Notes under the pieces: generated by a model
Told to the model about the DNA's origin: nothing
What the model saw: the letters and a program-made list of their open reading frames with translations, nothing else
The model's database searches: none
Shown here: piece by piece, positions 10,585-23,950 of the stretch
Position numbering within the stretch: position 1 is the stretch's first letter
Layout of the letters: every line of letters starts with the position of its first letter
Position numbers and translations under genes: made by a program
Origin: Podarcis muralis
Taxonomy: Eukaryota
Direction of reading: 5' to 3'
Length of the DNA stretch: 64,000 nt
Assembly: GCF_964188315.1 (NCBI RefSeq)
Contig: NC_135664.1
Span: forward strand, 31,806,001 to 31,870,000

Positions 10585-11599
10585 GTATGCCATGGTTCAG
10601 ACTTTCAACTATATATGAAATGATCTGATGTTTCATTTCACTTTGTTTTAAAAGGGGAACATCTGTGTTTCTCTCTGAGTTAAATTTTATTGTATTAGAA
10701 GACAAAGCTGTTTTCTGGTTATAGCTAGTGATTAATCTTGATCAACTGTCACACTTTATTTAACTTTAATTCTGTGAAAAGGTTTTCTGTACAATGTAAG
10801 ATGAGAATTGACATTTAAATGTTCAGATTTGTTCAGATTACCATCTCCTCCTATTAAAAAAAAGCACCACTTTCTCGATTTTCCACTTCATACGTTTGAT
10901 GAAGTAGGCTGTTGCCTATAAGAGCTCACTGCACAATAAAATAAGTTTGCCTCCAAGATACCAAATCATCATGAATATTCTTGTTGCTATAGACTACTAG
11001 AATTTTTCTGTATCGTTTAGAGTATTAAATTAAAAAATATATATTGATGAGGCTGTTTCCAAAGGTATATGGAATATATTAATATTATTCCGTAACAATT
11101 TATTGTTCTTTCTTTAGGGCCACTCATCCACAAGCACTATCATATTAATATGGAGCGCATTAGAGTCGCTCAGTGTTTAGTGCATATGACAATTCTGCCC
11201 ATGTAGAATGTTAAGTAGATGAGCAATATTTATAGAAATTACATGGGCCACCTGGTAGGGACTACTCTCAGGAGCATATGCACAATGCTAAAGTTCAGAG
11301 CTAATAAAATGATTAATTTAGAAAGAAAGTTAAAGGTCTTGTCTACACCAGTAATACCAGCCAGGCATAAAGGCCAAGTATGAACACACAAGAGGCGGGA
11401 AAATATCTTAACATTTTTGGACGCCACAATGTGGGCTGTGTGAGAGAGAAATAATGCTGGGTCAGAAAATAATAAAGACCACTAGATCATTATAATAGGT
11501 GGCTCATTCCTCCAGCAGGTTACAAGACTATTCTAAATGTATGATTTGGCGAAAAGCAAAATATCTCCCTAGCTACTTCCTGAAGAGTACCATTCTAAA

Positions 11600-11600
<1 letters not shown>

Positions 11601-11635
<35 letters not shown>
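11601..11635. repeat. (TG)n microsatellite
   Basis: Read directly. Confidence 0.95.
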
Positions 11636-11637
<2 letters not shown>

Positions 11638-11961
11638 ACACACCTGCAACCATGTTCTCATTAAACAGCAGAAATGCCACCTTCAAATATGACACCCTTT
11701 CAGATAAATTAAAGACTGGCATTAAAAACGAATAAAGCCCCCATGAACCATTGCTCTGGATAGGAATGGACATTCCCTTTTATTCATGTCTGAACAGAGG
11801 AGTGGTGCAGAGAGCTTTTCTCTGTGAGCAAGTACAGAGGTGGTTGCTTTTATTTATACTCAGGGTAGGAGGCACACCCTTTCTCTTTTACATGGGATCT
11901 GCAATTTGTGTTATGCCAGGCCCCCACAGCTGCAGTTTTGTGTTTTGTCACACCCCCACAG

Positions 11962-12051
11962 CCACCACTTTCTGACTAACATGGAAGGCACTTTCTCAAA
12001 AATTCCAAATATGCTCATTGGCCCAGAAAAGGATGGTGACCCCTGATATGG
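11962..12051 (+). CDS. Candidate exon of a putative nested gene (boundaries 11962-12035 or 11988-12051)
   Basis: Acceptor tgttttgtcacacccccacag. Donors ATG|gtgacc or TGG|gtaaat. Reads HHFLTNMEGTFSKIPNMLIGPEKD or ALSQKFQICSLAQKRMVTPDM. Confidence 0.33.
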
Positions 12052-12516
12052 GTAAATATACAACTTCAGAACTCAGCATTTTGTCATTTAGAAGTAATAA
12101 ATAACATTATCATGACAATTTCATTTCCCCCTCTATTCACTTGCCTACGATGCAAATTGGATCTGCATAGTACCAATTTATACATAGTTCATTATGTCAG
12201 CGTGTCATCAACAACTGAAACCTGTCAAGAGATGATTACTGACAATAGCCGTAACATTTTGGAGCTTGGAACGTTAAGTGGTAGCTTTGAAGCATATACA
12301 TATCATCTTTTCTCAGCTTGGTTTATCTCCTCTCACATTTGACACTTCCAAATAAATGCTTTCAGGCCCAAACCCTAGGATTGCCTTGCCTTCCTCTGCA
12401 TACATGCATTCGGAATCCCTGGCTAATCTCAGCAGCAAACACACACGCAACCAATCATCACACGTTGAGTTGCATATTATTTTCTATATGGAAGGTTTTT
12501 TCCATACATAAAAAAG

Positions 12517-12546
12517 AACCTGGTATATATGAAGCAGCTAAACATG
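12517..12546 (+). CDS. Candidate exon of a putative nested gene (EPGIYEAAKH; may start at 12495)
   Basis: Consensus donor ATG|gtaagt at 12547. Ends in phase 1, which matches the next candidate exon. Confidence 0.38.
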
Positions 12547-13761
12547 GTAAGTTCTTGTCCTTGCTCATATATGAACTATATTATCTAGAGTTCTTACCAC
12601 CAGCATTATTAAAACATGAAAGTCAATGTGTCTAGAACACTGCTCCCCAAGCTCACCCCCTCAACCACTTGAATGATTTCCCTGCCTGTTTTAGCAACTG
12701 TTAAGATGCTGTGATAGATGTTGCCTAGTTTTAAATTGATGGTGGTGGTGCCAACGTTTAGCTTCAACTTTCTGTGCATCTTAGGGTAGACTGTCATCAG
12801 ACTTAGAGTCTAAGAGATTGATCTCTTACTACCTCTTTGTGACAATGCCTATCTCTGAATGAACTACCCCTATAGGTGTACCTGGCATAAACACTGATCT
12901 CATTTTTGGGAGGCAGATGAAGATACACCATTCTGCAAAGGCATTTGGAAGGAGTACATCTTGGTTGTGTTAATTTGCAAAATAACAGTTAGTTTATTGA
13001 TATCCTGTCTCCTGACTTCCCTTGAGTGTACTGGCAACACTTTCCAAGTATTTTATCTTTGCAATGTTTGACCCACTTAATCCTTCCTTTCCTGCTTTCT
13101 ATGATATTATTTTCCACACCCCATTACTTTGTACTCTTTTTATTATTATTTACACATCCAAAGAAATTTTCTCATTCAACATGGTAACTCCTGTGATGGT
13201 AATTAACACCAGAGCATTTAATTTTGAAGTTGACATTTTGTGTGAGCGCATTACAGAAAGTTAGATTCACTTCACTATGCTTATATTATACAAAAACAAT
13301 TAACGCAAGTAGTTAAAAACAACTCATCTGTTTGTGACCTTTAAGCACAAATTACAATTTCTTTTTTTTAAGCTGCAGCAGAAGGAAAACAAAAAATACC
13401 TAGCACTTAATGCTGATGTGCAAAAATCCACCAGCCCTGCAACTTTTGAATAAAAATTGTGTGGGCTATAATAAGAAAACAAGACTCTGGTCCATTTTCT
13501 CCTTCAACTAGATTAAAGCCATCCATCATTTCTCCATGGCATCAACATCATAAATGCTTAAGTCACTGAAGTAAGAGACATGCCAATGATATTCCTTCTT
13601 ATTTCTAAAATATTTACCTCAATATTCTCCAACAACAAAGTAAATAAAGAAAATAAAAATAAACATGCAGTAAAGCAAGCAACAATTAAACAGTTTAACC
13701 CTGTTAATTCCTCGTTAATTCACCGTCTTTGGTTTCTTTCTGTCTATGTTTTCCAAATGAG

Positions 13762-13823
13762 CAGAACAAAAATTAGATCAAGAGATTCAACAACTGTCAA
13801 CATGTCTAAAAGAAAGTCAGATG
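13762..13823 (+). CDS. Candidate coiled-coil exon of a putative nested gene ((A)EQKLDQEIQQLSTCLKESQM)
   Basis: Long pyrimidine tract tctttggtttctttctgtctatgttttcc, tandem AG-CAG acceptor (start 13762 or 13765), donor ATG|gtgggg. Heptad-like peptide. Confidence 0.42.
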
Positions 13824-14419
13824 GTGGGGTACAAATAAGTAGTAGTAGTAGTTGGAGTAGTTGTTACCAGGTCTGAACGTTCTACCAACTTTGACTTTTA
13901 AACTTCTTTCCAATAAGTAATGTGAGATGTTATAATCAACAGGCTGTTTTGGGTCTTCATTGTTGTACACAAGCGAAACGCCATCTATCATGACTTTGTT
14001 TTCCACTCTATTGAGCTAGTTTGTGTTGTAGTGTGACTCCCATATGCTGACAATATTTGGGTTTCTGAGGATACATAGCATCACAATGTTTTTATGTTGA
14101 AAACAACCATTCTTCAATGGAATCCCTTGCTAAGGGATTCACCAAGGCGGTGTGTTTTCAAAGCCTTGCATATGTTGCTCACACCGGGATGTTCTTAAAG
14201 GCTTGGTCAAGTTCAAAAGTGCCATGGTCAAATGGAAATGGATGCCCAATCTGGGGAAAGAATCAGATTGCTTTTCCATTGGCAAATGTTTATCACAGTC
14301 TGAATGTGAAAAGGGGTGTGTGCAACAAGCGAGAAACAAACACATTCCACAAAATCTGATCCCAATAAAACTCTTTATTACTGAGCCATGCCTATTTGTA
14401 ATTCTATCAGCCGTGGAAG

Positions 14420-14890
14420 GGGGGATTTCATATACAAGCTGAGGGAGTCCTCAAAAGGTTCCACTTGGGGATGAGCGGCCAAGGTCTTCAGAAGGAGCTG
14501 TTCACATCCTGGGTGAAATCAGGTTCTGACATTGAGGCCGAATGGGTAAAGTCTGAGGGCCCATCTGGAGAAGTGCCTGAAATGGGGCAAGAAGACAACT
14601 GGAGTAAAGGTCTCCTTGAGATGAAGGCCCTCTTCTCAAGTAGACCTCTGGGAAGTCAGCTGAGGTGGGAGTGTAGTTCCAGCAGCTCCTACTCAAAAGC
14701 CCAAGTGATGGGCTGGAAGAGCTGCTAGCACCATGTCTATGTCCCAATTCCGTGCCCTGTCTGCTACTGGATTGCCTGCCTATGACAAACCTGGTCATGG
14801 ACTGCTGTGACCTTGCCTCTCCCCTCAGCCTTGCTGTGAATTCTGCTTGTCTGGACACTGGAAGGGCCCTGGACATTGCTCCAGTTGCTT
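14420..14890 (+). mobile_element. Probable decayed LTR of the purine-rich U3 class; boundaries uncertain
   Basis: GC/purine-rich island in AT-rich DNA. Frame 14465-14728 has acidic/Trp motifs (SDIEAEW) like the other LTRs. Confidence 0.3.
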
Positions 14891-15690
14891 CCCTATTGGT
14901 GCTGCTGCTTGCAAGTCTTCTGTTTATTCATGAGTCCAGTGAGGATAGGACAAAGGAACCAGAATCTTTCTCTTAGAAACAGAAAAATGCAATAAATTCT
15001 TCTGATGTGTGCATATGCACAGGGAAGATTTCACAACCCAGACAAAAGTTCATTGTGGATTTTCAAAATGTTAATGAGCTCATTATAATAATAAAGGAGT
15101 AATGTGATAAAAAGAAGCAAAGTGAAATTCCTTGAGATAGAAAGTCCCCAGGACAAGAGTTCAGAGAGATCAAAGACCAGAGTTCAAAGACTTCTGCTGA
15201 GCTTATTGTTTGTATTCAGCGCTGAAGCTATGCGCAACACCCCGCAGAAAACCTTTGGTTTAAATAATGAAAAAGTAGCTGCTTGTAGTTTGTTAGAAAT
15301 GTTAGTCACAGATTCTGAAGCAAAACTTAAGAATTCTTGCTTTTATCATCAGAAAAGATCAGTATGTATTTTAAAGTGTGTATGTCATGTATTTCATGAC
15401 TGGCATTTTAAATATTTAAGTATGTTGACCACTTGCAATCTAATACCTTTAACTTCAAGAAATTGTAGTATCAAAGCTTTAAAACCAGCAGTCTGACAGC
15501 TGTATGAACACAAAGAGACTAATTTTCTTAGGAGAGTTTTTCTGTTGCAATTGTTATTTAGGATTTTCTGTGAACAATAGAAGACACAGATTTAGTATGC
15601 TTAATCAGTCTTAGTCATTTCCAACACAGCCTTTTTTGTTTGTTTGTTTAAAGGAATACTTTGATCACATTTAGGAAAAAATGCTTCTCT

Positions 15691-15838
15691 GTATGATAGC
15701 TCAGTTAGTAGAGCATGAGACTCTTAACTTCAGTCATGGGTTCAAGCCATGGGTTCAAAAGATTCCTGCACTGCAGGGAGTTGGAGTAGATTACCTTTCT
15801 GGTCCCTTCCAATTCTACATTTCTAAGATTCTAAGATA
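15691..15838 (+). mobile_element. tRNA-derived SINE with CR1-like 3' tail
   Basis: A-box gctcagttagtagagca, B-box-like gggttcaagcc, and a 3' end ggtcccttccaattctac...(attctaag)n. Confidence 0.7.
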
Positions 15839-15936
15839 CTATTCATGAAAGGGAACCTTGCAGCCTGAGTTCTGTCAGTTGCTTCCTCTGTCTTTTATAA
15901 GCCACATCCTCACATCATGCTTTCCTCTATATAGTA

Positions 15937-16270
15937 TGGAATCACGGAATCATAGAATTGTAGAGTTGGAAGGGACTTTGAGGGTCATCCAGTCCAACTT
16001 CCTGCTATCTCAAAAAACATCCCTGACAGATCTCTACTTATAAACTTTCAAAGAAGGAGAGTCCTCCACCTCTCATGGGAGTCTATTCCACTGTCAAACA
16101 TCTCTACTGTCAGAAAGTTCTTCCTGATGTTTAGTCGGAATCTCCTTTCTTGTAATTCAGATCCATTGGTTCAGGTTCTAGCCTCCAGAACAGGAGAAAA
16201 CAAGCTTACTCTATCCTCCATGTGGCAGCCCTTTATATATTTGAAGATGACTATCATATCTCCTCTTTAC
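15937..16270 (-). mobile_element. CR1 LINE 3' fragment
   Basis: Begins gaatcatagaattgtagagttggaaggg (reverse-complement CR1 tail), followed by gtcagaaagttcttcct-type CR1 sequence. Confidence 0.75.
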
Positions 16271-19200
16271 CAGGCTAAACAAAATAAATTCACAGTTCCA
16301 ACTACCTTGCAAATGTTTTATGTAATCCTTAACGAAATATTTAACAGCTTGCAGACTTGTGCTGTGAACAGAGCATTTCTGACTCTATACAAAGTTTCAC
16401 TTCTGCACTTTGACAGTATGACATTGCCATCTCATATTATCAGGCACAGTCACATTTGTATGTAATCATAAGTGAACACCATGCAAACATAACAAAGTTG
16501 TTGGGTGATAGGCATTGTGTTCAGTATTAGACACTGAGATATGAAAGCCAGGAGCTGAATGGCACCTTAAACCTAGGTTATGGGTGCCACAATGGAATGT
16601 CTAGGTGCGCTTTTCATAACAAAGCTGAAAATGAATGAACTGCAGCTAAAAGATTATGTTCATTTTTCACATGGCCTAGTCCTTCCCCTGCCCACGCCCC
16701 TAATATGCTTAAGAGGGTCTCTTCTCTAGTTTTCAGAGAGTAGCTGGAAGCGGGGAGGCAGAAAAGGGTCCTCCTTTCCTGCCACTCTGCAGTTTTAATC
16801 TGAAATCTTAGGCACAGTGCTGCGCCCAGAGCTCAGAAATTGCTCACACTAATGAAATACCCTGTCGCAAAATGGGAGTTTTGAGCACTGATTGTGTTGT
16901 GTTGTACATATAAGTTTAATATTTAATGTGTATTGTTAGTTCAGAAACTATTGTGTGGGTGCTTATATTTATTATATTACTCATTATGATCTTAATATTA
17001 TCAAAAAGTATGAATAAAATCATATTTATTATCAACGTAAAAATGAGATCACACATTTATATACCATGTAAACATTTTTAGTTGGTCTGTCTGGGCTAGG
17101 CAGCCCTTGTCTTCCACTGGGGCCTAAACCTGCTGCCAACAGCCCTGCATACAACCCTCCTCATACTTGGGGGACAAGTCCTCAGCATCACCTTGATTTC
17201 TTCAAGTTCACATGTGACAAATGATAAAAAGTGTGCAGAGGCCCTTTAAGGAAAACTGCCAGCTCCTTTAAGGAGACATGCCCAATGAAGAATAGTTGTC
17301 TGCCTTCCAGCTCCCTGCTAAGGCAATGTCTCCCTAAAACTTTCAATGAAGGAAAAGTGCCAGCCAATGGGAGCTGTCCAGAGTTCTGATCTGGCCTGCC
17401 TGAGCTTCTTTGCTACAGTCTCCTAACATGCCTCTACTTACTGTGATGTTACTGGAAGTGATTTTGTCTGCTGTGATTTAACCAGATGATACTCTGCTAC
17501 TGCAGTTTGCCTAAAAGGACTCGCCTGCAACGATTCTACCAAATGAGTTTTCCTAAAAGGAACTTTGGCTCTGCTCCTCATTGCATTGCAGAACAGGATA
17601 TGGAAGAAAGAGAAAAAGGGAAGACTTGAGCCTGAGGCTTGAACAGACTTGTTCCTGTAGCACTAACCTATGGATTAGCATGACACCTGAACAGGGCTAC
17701 TATTTGAAGACAGCAGTTAAAGAATGCTGCTGTTGTACATTCTGCCTGAAGGTATAACATGTTCTAAATGTAGGTTGGCATATTATGACAACATGGGGGA
17801 AAGGTGTATATGCAGAAAAAAAGAAGTTGCTATGTGCCCAGTGCCTAAGATTTAGCTCTAGATGCCTTCAATATGCTTTATAATATTTTTCATGTCCAAG
17901 GAAAATGGCTGTATAATTCCCCTATTCCACCCTTTTTATGACAGTTTTGGCCCACACCTATTTTATTAGAGAAAAGCAAAAGCCCTTCATAGGTCAACAT
18001 AGATGATCTTATGCTATGTTTAGACTCATGAACCAATATTCTCTGCTTGCTGTCAATAGGCTTATATCCATGCATGAAATTAGAATGAGTTGATTCAGAA
18101 TAAACTGACAGACATTCTATGATTTTACACAGAACTATGAAAATGAATTTCATTTTCTAAAAGGCACAATTTCATATGGCCACATATACTTCTGACACTA
18201 ATTGGAATGTCTCAGTTTCAATCCACATCATCGTTTGGGTGCAGAACAGAAGACAGGCGGGCAGAGAGCTAGTCTTTACAGATCCAGCTTCAAAAATGAA
18301 AACATGGGGAAAGAAAACGCTACATCTGCATTTACATCAAAACCAAAGCTCTGGACAATTTCAGACAATGTTGGTCTGTTGGAGAAGGACCACAGCTCAA
18401 TAGTAGAGCATCTGTTTACATGAAGAATGTCTCAGGTTCAATTTGTGGTTTCTCCAGGTAGGGCTGGGCATGTACTTTGTCTGAAACTCTGGAGAGCCAC
18501 TGCCAAACAGTGTAGACAGTAATGAGTAGATATCCCAATGATCTGACTTGGTATAAGGCAGCCTCCTAGATTCCTGTCTAGTGTAGCAGCTCATTTACTA
18601 ACATTGCAATAATATTGTACTTGTTGGTCAAAATGAGTATATGGTAACCTTCAGCAATAACAAGCTGGTTCAACTTTCACTTGGTACTTCTCTCGAAAAT
18701 TTAATAAAGCTTAGCATTTTATACCTAGACTACTTATTTGCTCTCTGCAACACATTTATTTTGCTTGGCACCGTTCAGCACAAAGTTAGCGCACAACCAC
18801 ATTGTAGACATTATTCTGTTCCTCTCTTGTTTTACAGGATCCCATACACCAGTATGGGAGAAAGAGAGCTTAACCCCTTCCCCCTCAGTCCAATTTTCAA
18901 ATTTAAATCCACTCCTGCAAGTTGCTCTGCTTCCCACGAGGCAAACATTAAGGGACCTAGCAAAAAGCAGGTGGGTGGGGGTTAAAGAGAAAAATGGCCC
19001 AAGAAAAAAGATTAAGCACCTTACCAAGCTGTGCACAGTGCACTGCTGCTATGAGGAATATTCTGTGGCCACAGCGAGCTTTTTCTTGGGAACACTGGGA
19101 GATACTCAATACATCATTCACTGTATGCATACTTTGCGTTTTCAGATGGGAAAGAAAATCCAGCAATATCAAATCTTCAGTAAACTTGGAGACTCAGTCA

Positions 19201-21991
19201 CCTGTATTTTGTCAGTCACAGATCAGCAGTAAACAACTGTGCACTCCAGCCACCTTAGTAATATGAGGGATAGCAGCCTTTGTTTACATGATCACCTATC
19301 CCAAAATGAAAGGAAAGTGCGTCAAGAGCCCTTCACAGTTTTACCAACAGCTGTTGACTCGCTTCCACCATTGATTTGTTCCTTGCACAATCTGTGAACA
19401 AATCAGAAATGGAATCAAGTGGTATTTACCCCAGCAAAACAAATAATTTAAGCAACTGCAAGGTTGTAATCTCAAATCCCATTCTCCACAAGGAAGAAAC
19501 TGCCAGCCACACAAGTTGTGGCTGACAAAACATTTATTGTTCTTCATCAGCACCTTCGTATAAATGCAACAATCCACATACTCAGAGTTTTTTGTTTTTT
19601 TTCATACAGAACTCACCAGAACTGAGTTCCAGCACCTCTCAGGTGGGTGCCATTGCCATTATAATAGAACAAGGGAGGCTTCATGTTGAGTTCTAGCACC
19701 TCTCTTTCTAGAAAGAGGACACAACACCTCACCTTTTAGGAGAATCATCTTCTCAAACATATTTCAATGCACTGAGCACCTTCTTGGACACACTGAACAT
19801 TGCAGGGTAGGGGAGATGGGGACATAGATGACCGCATCCTTTACTCTGAAGGATGTTCTTTTTAAACAAATCTGCTGCCATAAGGGAAAGAACAACATTT
19901 ATCCTTTAAATTAATGCCTCTTCTAGTATATTGTTCAAATCAAGAAATCAAGGCAAACATAATTAAGGCAATTCAGACATATTGCTTATAAAGAATCAGC
20001 AGTCGCCTCTGTGGCATTAATCATTGTTGTGATCTGCTTATTTGGGATTTTTATACCTTGATCTCATGGAAAGAACTCAACAGGCTAAGATGCTTAAGGC
20101 AGTTTATGTGAGATGGTTTATGAGCTCATATTGAGTATACAGAAATATGTAATGGGCATGAGCATGCCAACCATGCACAAAAAGCTGTGGGATCCAGAAA
20201 GGACATTTAAAAATTAATCATTAATTTTTTTAATTGGAGTCAAATAAGCCCATCATTTCTAGCAGAGTCAAACGGGTGCTACTACCCCTGCTTTACTCAT
20301 TTTCAAGATGATATGAAAACAAATATGCTGCTACCATCTGTTTAACCCCAAGTAAAGTCCAGGGGTGGAATCCAACTAAATCATATTCAGGCTAGACACA
20401 ATTGAAAACCAAGTTACTCAAGTCCATTGACTTCAGTGATTCAGGGGGAAAGTGTTTTCAGCACACATGAAAGCAGGTTTGAATCTATATATATATGCAA
20501 TGCTGAAAGATCAGAAACAAAGAGCCATGCACAGAAACCTTGCTTTTATTTATTTTCAGTTTTCTGAAAGTCTAAGTGCGCATCTTAGCATTCTTGAGTT
20601 GTGAGCCATCCTTAATAAGGGAAACATTGAGCAACAGTGTGGGGGTAGCTGGTGCCTTTTGCCACTTGACCCTGTTTCTCACTCCATGTGTCCATTAAAG
20701 TGTTTGAGATGTATTATTGCAAACTTGTATTATACATTAAATCGGCACATAATGATAGTAAAATTACTTGCAGCCCATAAGCTCATTGTGTGTTTCTGAT
20801 GTGATGCAATCCTGATTGTTAAACTCTATTTATTTACCTCTACTATAGTAAGTTTTCATCTTTTACAGATATTCTTTTTATTTTATGGATGAATTGCTTC
20901 CTATAAAGAATTCCAAAGTGATTTAACAATAAAAGCATCAACAATAAAAATATATAAAAGTAAGAATTGTCTGACCTATCCATCATTTGAGATAAATAAT
21001 ACTGTCTTTGAATTAACACAGGCAATGAGCTTTTATTGATATTGTCTTTAGAGGAAACATAAAAAGGTCAATATAACATTATTTAAATTTTGTATTGAAA
21101 ATATGAGGTCTTTCTCTTGCAACTTGAAAAAGAGACAGCAATCAAAACTCAAGCATACTGTTTATTGACTAGTTCAGGAATCAGAATAATTAAACCTACA
21201 AATGTAATTAAGTATGTACATTAAGGAAGTAGGATTGCAGCCTGGCATATTGGCAAATAGCAAGGAGGAATGCCAATATCACCATTTTCAGATAGACATT
21301 GTTAACAGCAGCAATAATCAACAAGAATGAACAACAGTGTGCTCAAGACAGTTGATCAGTGGTTCCATGCAAGCCTTACTAGGAGGTGAAGATAATTTAA
21401 TATTATTGTGTCCTGATAAGTTACAGAAAAAACAGGAAAGACCAATAGTTCCTGAAGAACTTGTACTTAAGCCACACAACATTAACAGGCAAGTTGACCC
21501 AAACTTTTCTCATACAAAAGCCAAGTTCACTTAAGTAAAATAATTTGTCTTGAGTAAACATGTTTAGAATTTGGCTGCGCATATTTGGTTAAATCATTTC
21601 CACAAGAAGGTATTTACTGTACTGAAATAAATTAGTTTACATGTAGTAGAAACCAAACACAACAAATTTGAAGAGATTCGTGAACTTAATATGTGCACCC
21701 AAATAAGAAACCCAAGGCCCAGGGAATTCAATAGATCTTATTTTCTAATAAGTGTGTTTCTAGGCTTGCATGCTTAATTTGTTGTTGTTTTCAGTGCAAT
21801 CCTATTCATGTTTACTCAAAAGTCTCCTTGTATTCAACAGTGTTTACTGCCAGGTACCTGGAGGTAATCCCCATTGAATTCAATGGAACATATTTTTAAG
21901 TAGACGTGTATAGGATTGACCCGTTCAATTAATAGCCACTCCACTTATATTATCAAGTAGTTGAACTACAGCAGTCCTCTATAACAAGCTA

Positions 21992-22000
21992 TTTTCTTTC

Positions 22001-22040
<40 letters not shown>
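21992..22040. repeat. (TTTC)n microsatellite
   Basis: Read directly. Confidence 0.95.
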
Positions 22041-23148
22041 TTTACCATGGTAAGAGTCTCTCTAAAACCACCTACATATATGATGAGCCAACATTAAATA
22101 CTAATTATAAACTGTATAACTGATTAATGAAAGAAAACCAATTTTCCAAACCAAGACATTCCTGACAAGTTCATTAGCACTTTTGCAAGTCTACTGCTAT
22201 TGAGCATAGTAGTAGTAATTTTATGTTTCACAAAGCTTTCATATATCAATTGTATAACCTACACGCCTTCATTTGCTTCCAGGCACAATAAGCTAAGGTG
22301 TTACTATCTCTCTCACCAACACTCCCCAAAGTGGCAATACTGTTTTTAAACAGAAATTGTGCAAACATTTATAATAATGAGATTAAAACAGCAACAGCAT
22401 GAAAGACAAGGTGTTATACGGTGGAATGTGTAAGGACAACTGTTTTTGAAATTCCACTAATAAGGTTTAATAGCATTTTAAAGTTATGTAGCAAAAAATT
22501 CACGGTTTTGTCTCAAGTTTAAGAAATAAGTATAACATTATCAATCAAACAAAACCCTCCAGTGAATCTATACTCCAATTTAGCAATAACAATATTCATT
22601 TTATAAATGTCAACATAATCTTTGGTTCCGAAGCTGTCAGACAATTTAGCACAGGGGTGTGTGTGTGAAAAAACCCCTTCATCATCTTTCAGAGAGAACA
22701 TGCTAGGATGCCAACACGGCAACAATGTGAATAACATCACCTTTAGTTCAGGTCCAGAATTTTCTTATCAGCAGCTTTTCCTAATATACAGCACAGATTG
22801 ACAGGGGCAATACTTCTGCCAACCAATTAACAGGAATGCAAACCAATAATATCCCATAATAACTTTAGCACTTTGCCTGAACACAAATTACCTCCTTTTG
22901 AGCAATGAAATCATCCAAAAATCACAAAGCAGCATCAATGTGTAATGTGAGCGCGGCAGGGGGGGGCATTCAAGCCTTTTAGCTATACGTGTGTGTGTGT
23001 GTGTGTGTGTTATTCAGAGAGTTCTTCTTTGTTGTCTGCCAATAAATTACAAAAAGAGGCAGTCATATTTGAAAGTAAAACCATTACACTGTGTTGTACG
23101 GAATGCTGCAATACAGGCACGGAAGGAACAATAAGAAAAACACAATAC

Positions 23149-23203
23149 CTTTAGTAAGTCTCCTCAGAATTTGACAACGGCATTTAAAAGAGACAGCTAT
23201 CAT
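23149..23203 (-). CDS. GRIP1: First coding exon of glutamate receptor-interacting protein 1 (GRIP1a-type N-terminus), 55 nt, phase-1 end
   Basis: Minus strand reads ATG ATA GCT GTC TCT TTT AAA TGC CGT TGT CAA ATT CTG AGG AGA CTT ACT AAA G|gtattg = MIAVSFKCRCQILRRLTK, matching the vertebrate GRIP1 N-terminus as I recall it. It is followed by a GT donor. Too short for the supplied ORF track. Confidence 0.92.
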
Positions 23204-23852
23204 TCTTGCTTACTGCCTTCCGTGGCAAAGTATACTCAAGGCTCTGCTTTGGTAGCTGCAGCAGAAGCATATGAATTCCTCACGCGCATACCAGAAGAAA
23301 GATAGTCCCAGCGGGGAGTGACAAAGCTTAATTCTTCTTGGCTGATGCAGAGATCAGCTCCATGTCATCTAGCAAAGCTGTGTCATTCAGTACTAGTACT
23401 ACTACCGCCACTGCTTGCAGCACCAGATCAATGGCTTAAAAAGATGATGAAGAAGCAATATTTCTCTTAACAGCTGCAAAGCATCAAATAGTGTAAGATC
23501 CTGGCGAAGATAACTGAACGCAGCTAGGTTACCAGCCTTCCAGAGTCCTGTACTGTGCTAGTGAGCTTCAGTTTCTGTTCCAGGCAAAGGACCGTGCATT
23601 TCAGCACAATCAGGGGATTTTCCCTCCTCCCGCTCTCGCTCCCCCTCCTCAAATCCTTCAGATATTTTAACGCTCTCCCAGCATTGCTCGCTGAACAATA
23701 ACAAGGGGAAATGCATAATCATCAGCATCCTTTATTACAAATGGCAAAATTTTAAATAGCCACGGTTCCCCCTCCCCAATTTAAAAAATGATTTCGGTGT
23801 GAAAGGATGCCCTGCTGAGAATGAGGGGGAGGAAGGATAAGAGAGAGAGAGG

Positions 23853-23904
<52 letters not shown>

Positions 23905-23950
23905 CACAAGCCATACAGCAGCAGGAGGACAGGCAATTTTCCAAGTAGGT
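23204..23950 (-). promoter_or_regulatory. Probable 5' UTR and proximal promoter of the GRIP1a first exon
   Basis: Directly upstream of the GRIP1 ATG, with raised CpG content, a purine-rich tract (23611-23650) and a (GA)n tract (23839-23901). The TSS cannot be fixed from sequence alone. Confidence 0.5.
23839..23901. repeat. (GA)n microsatellite upstream of GRIP1 exon 1a
   Basis: Read directly, with one GGGAGGG interruption. Confidence 0.95.

Noticed and set aside
10896-10975. Second hammerhead/Penelope remnant (tgatgaagtaggctgttgcctataagagctca)
   Set aside because: Stem II survives but the C of CUGA and the GAAA box are mutated. At best a dead relic.
1-23148. GRIP1 exon 2 (DESPYTKSASQ...)
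   Set aside because: Looked for by eye on the minus strand and not found. Probably lies beyond the left edge of the window.
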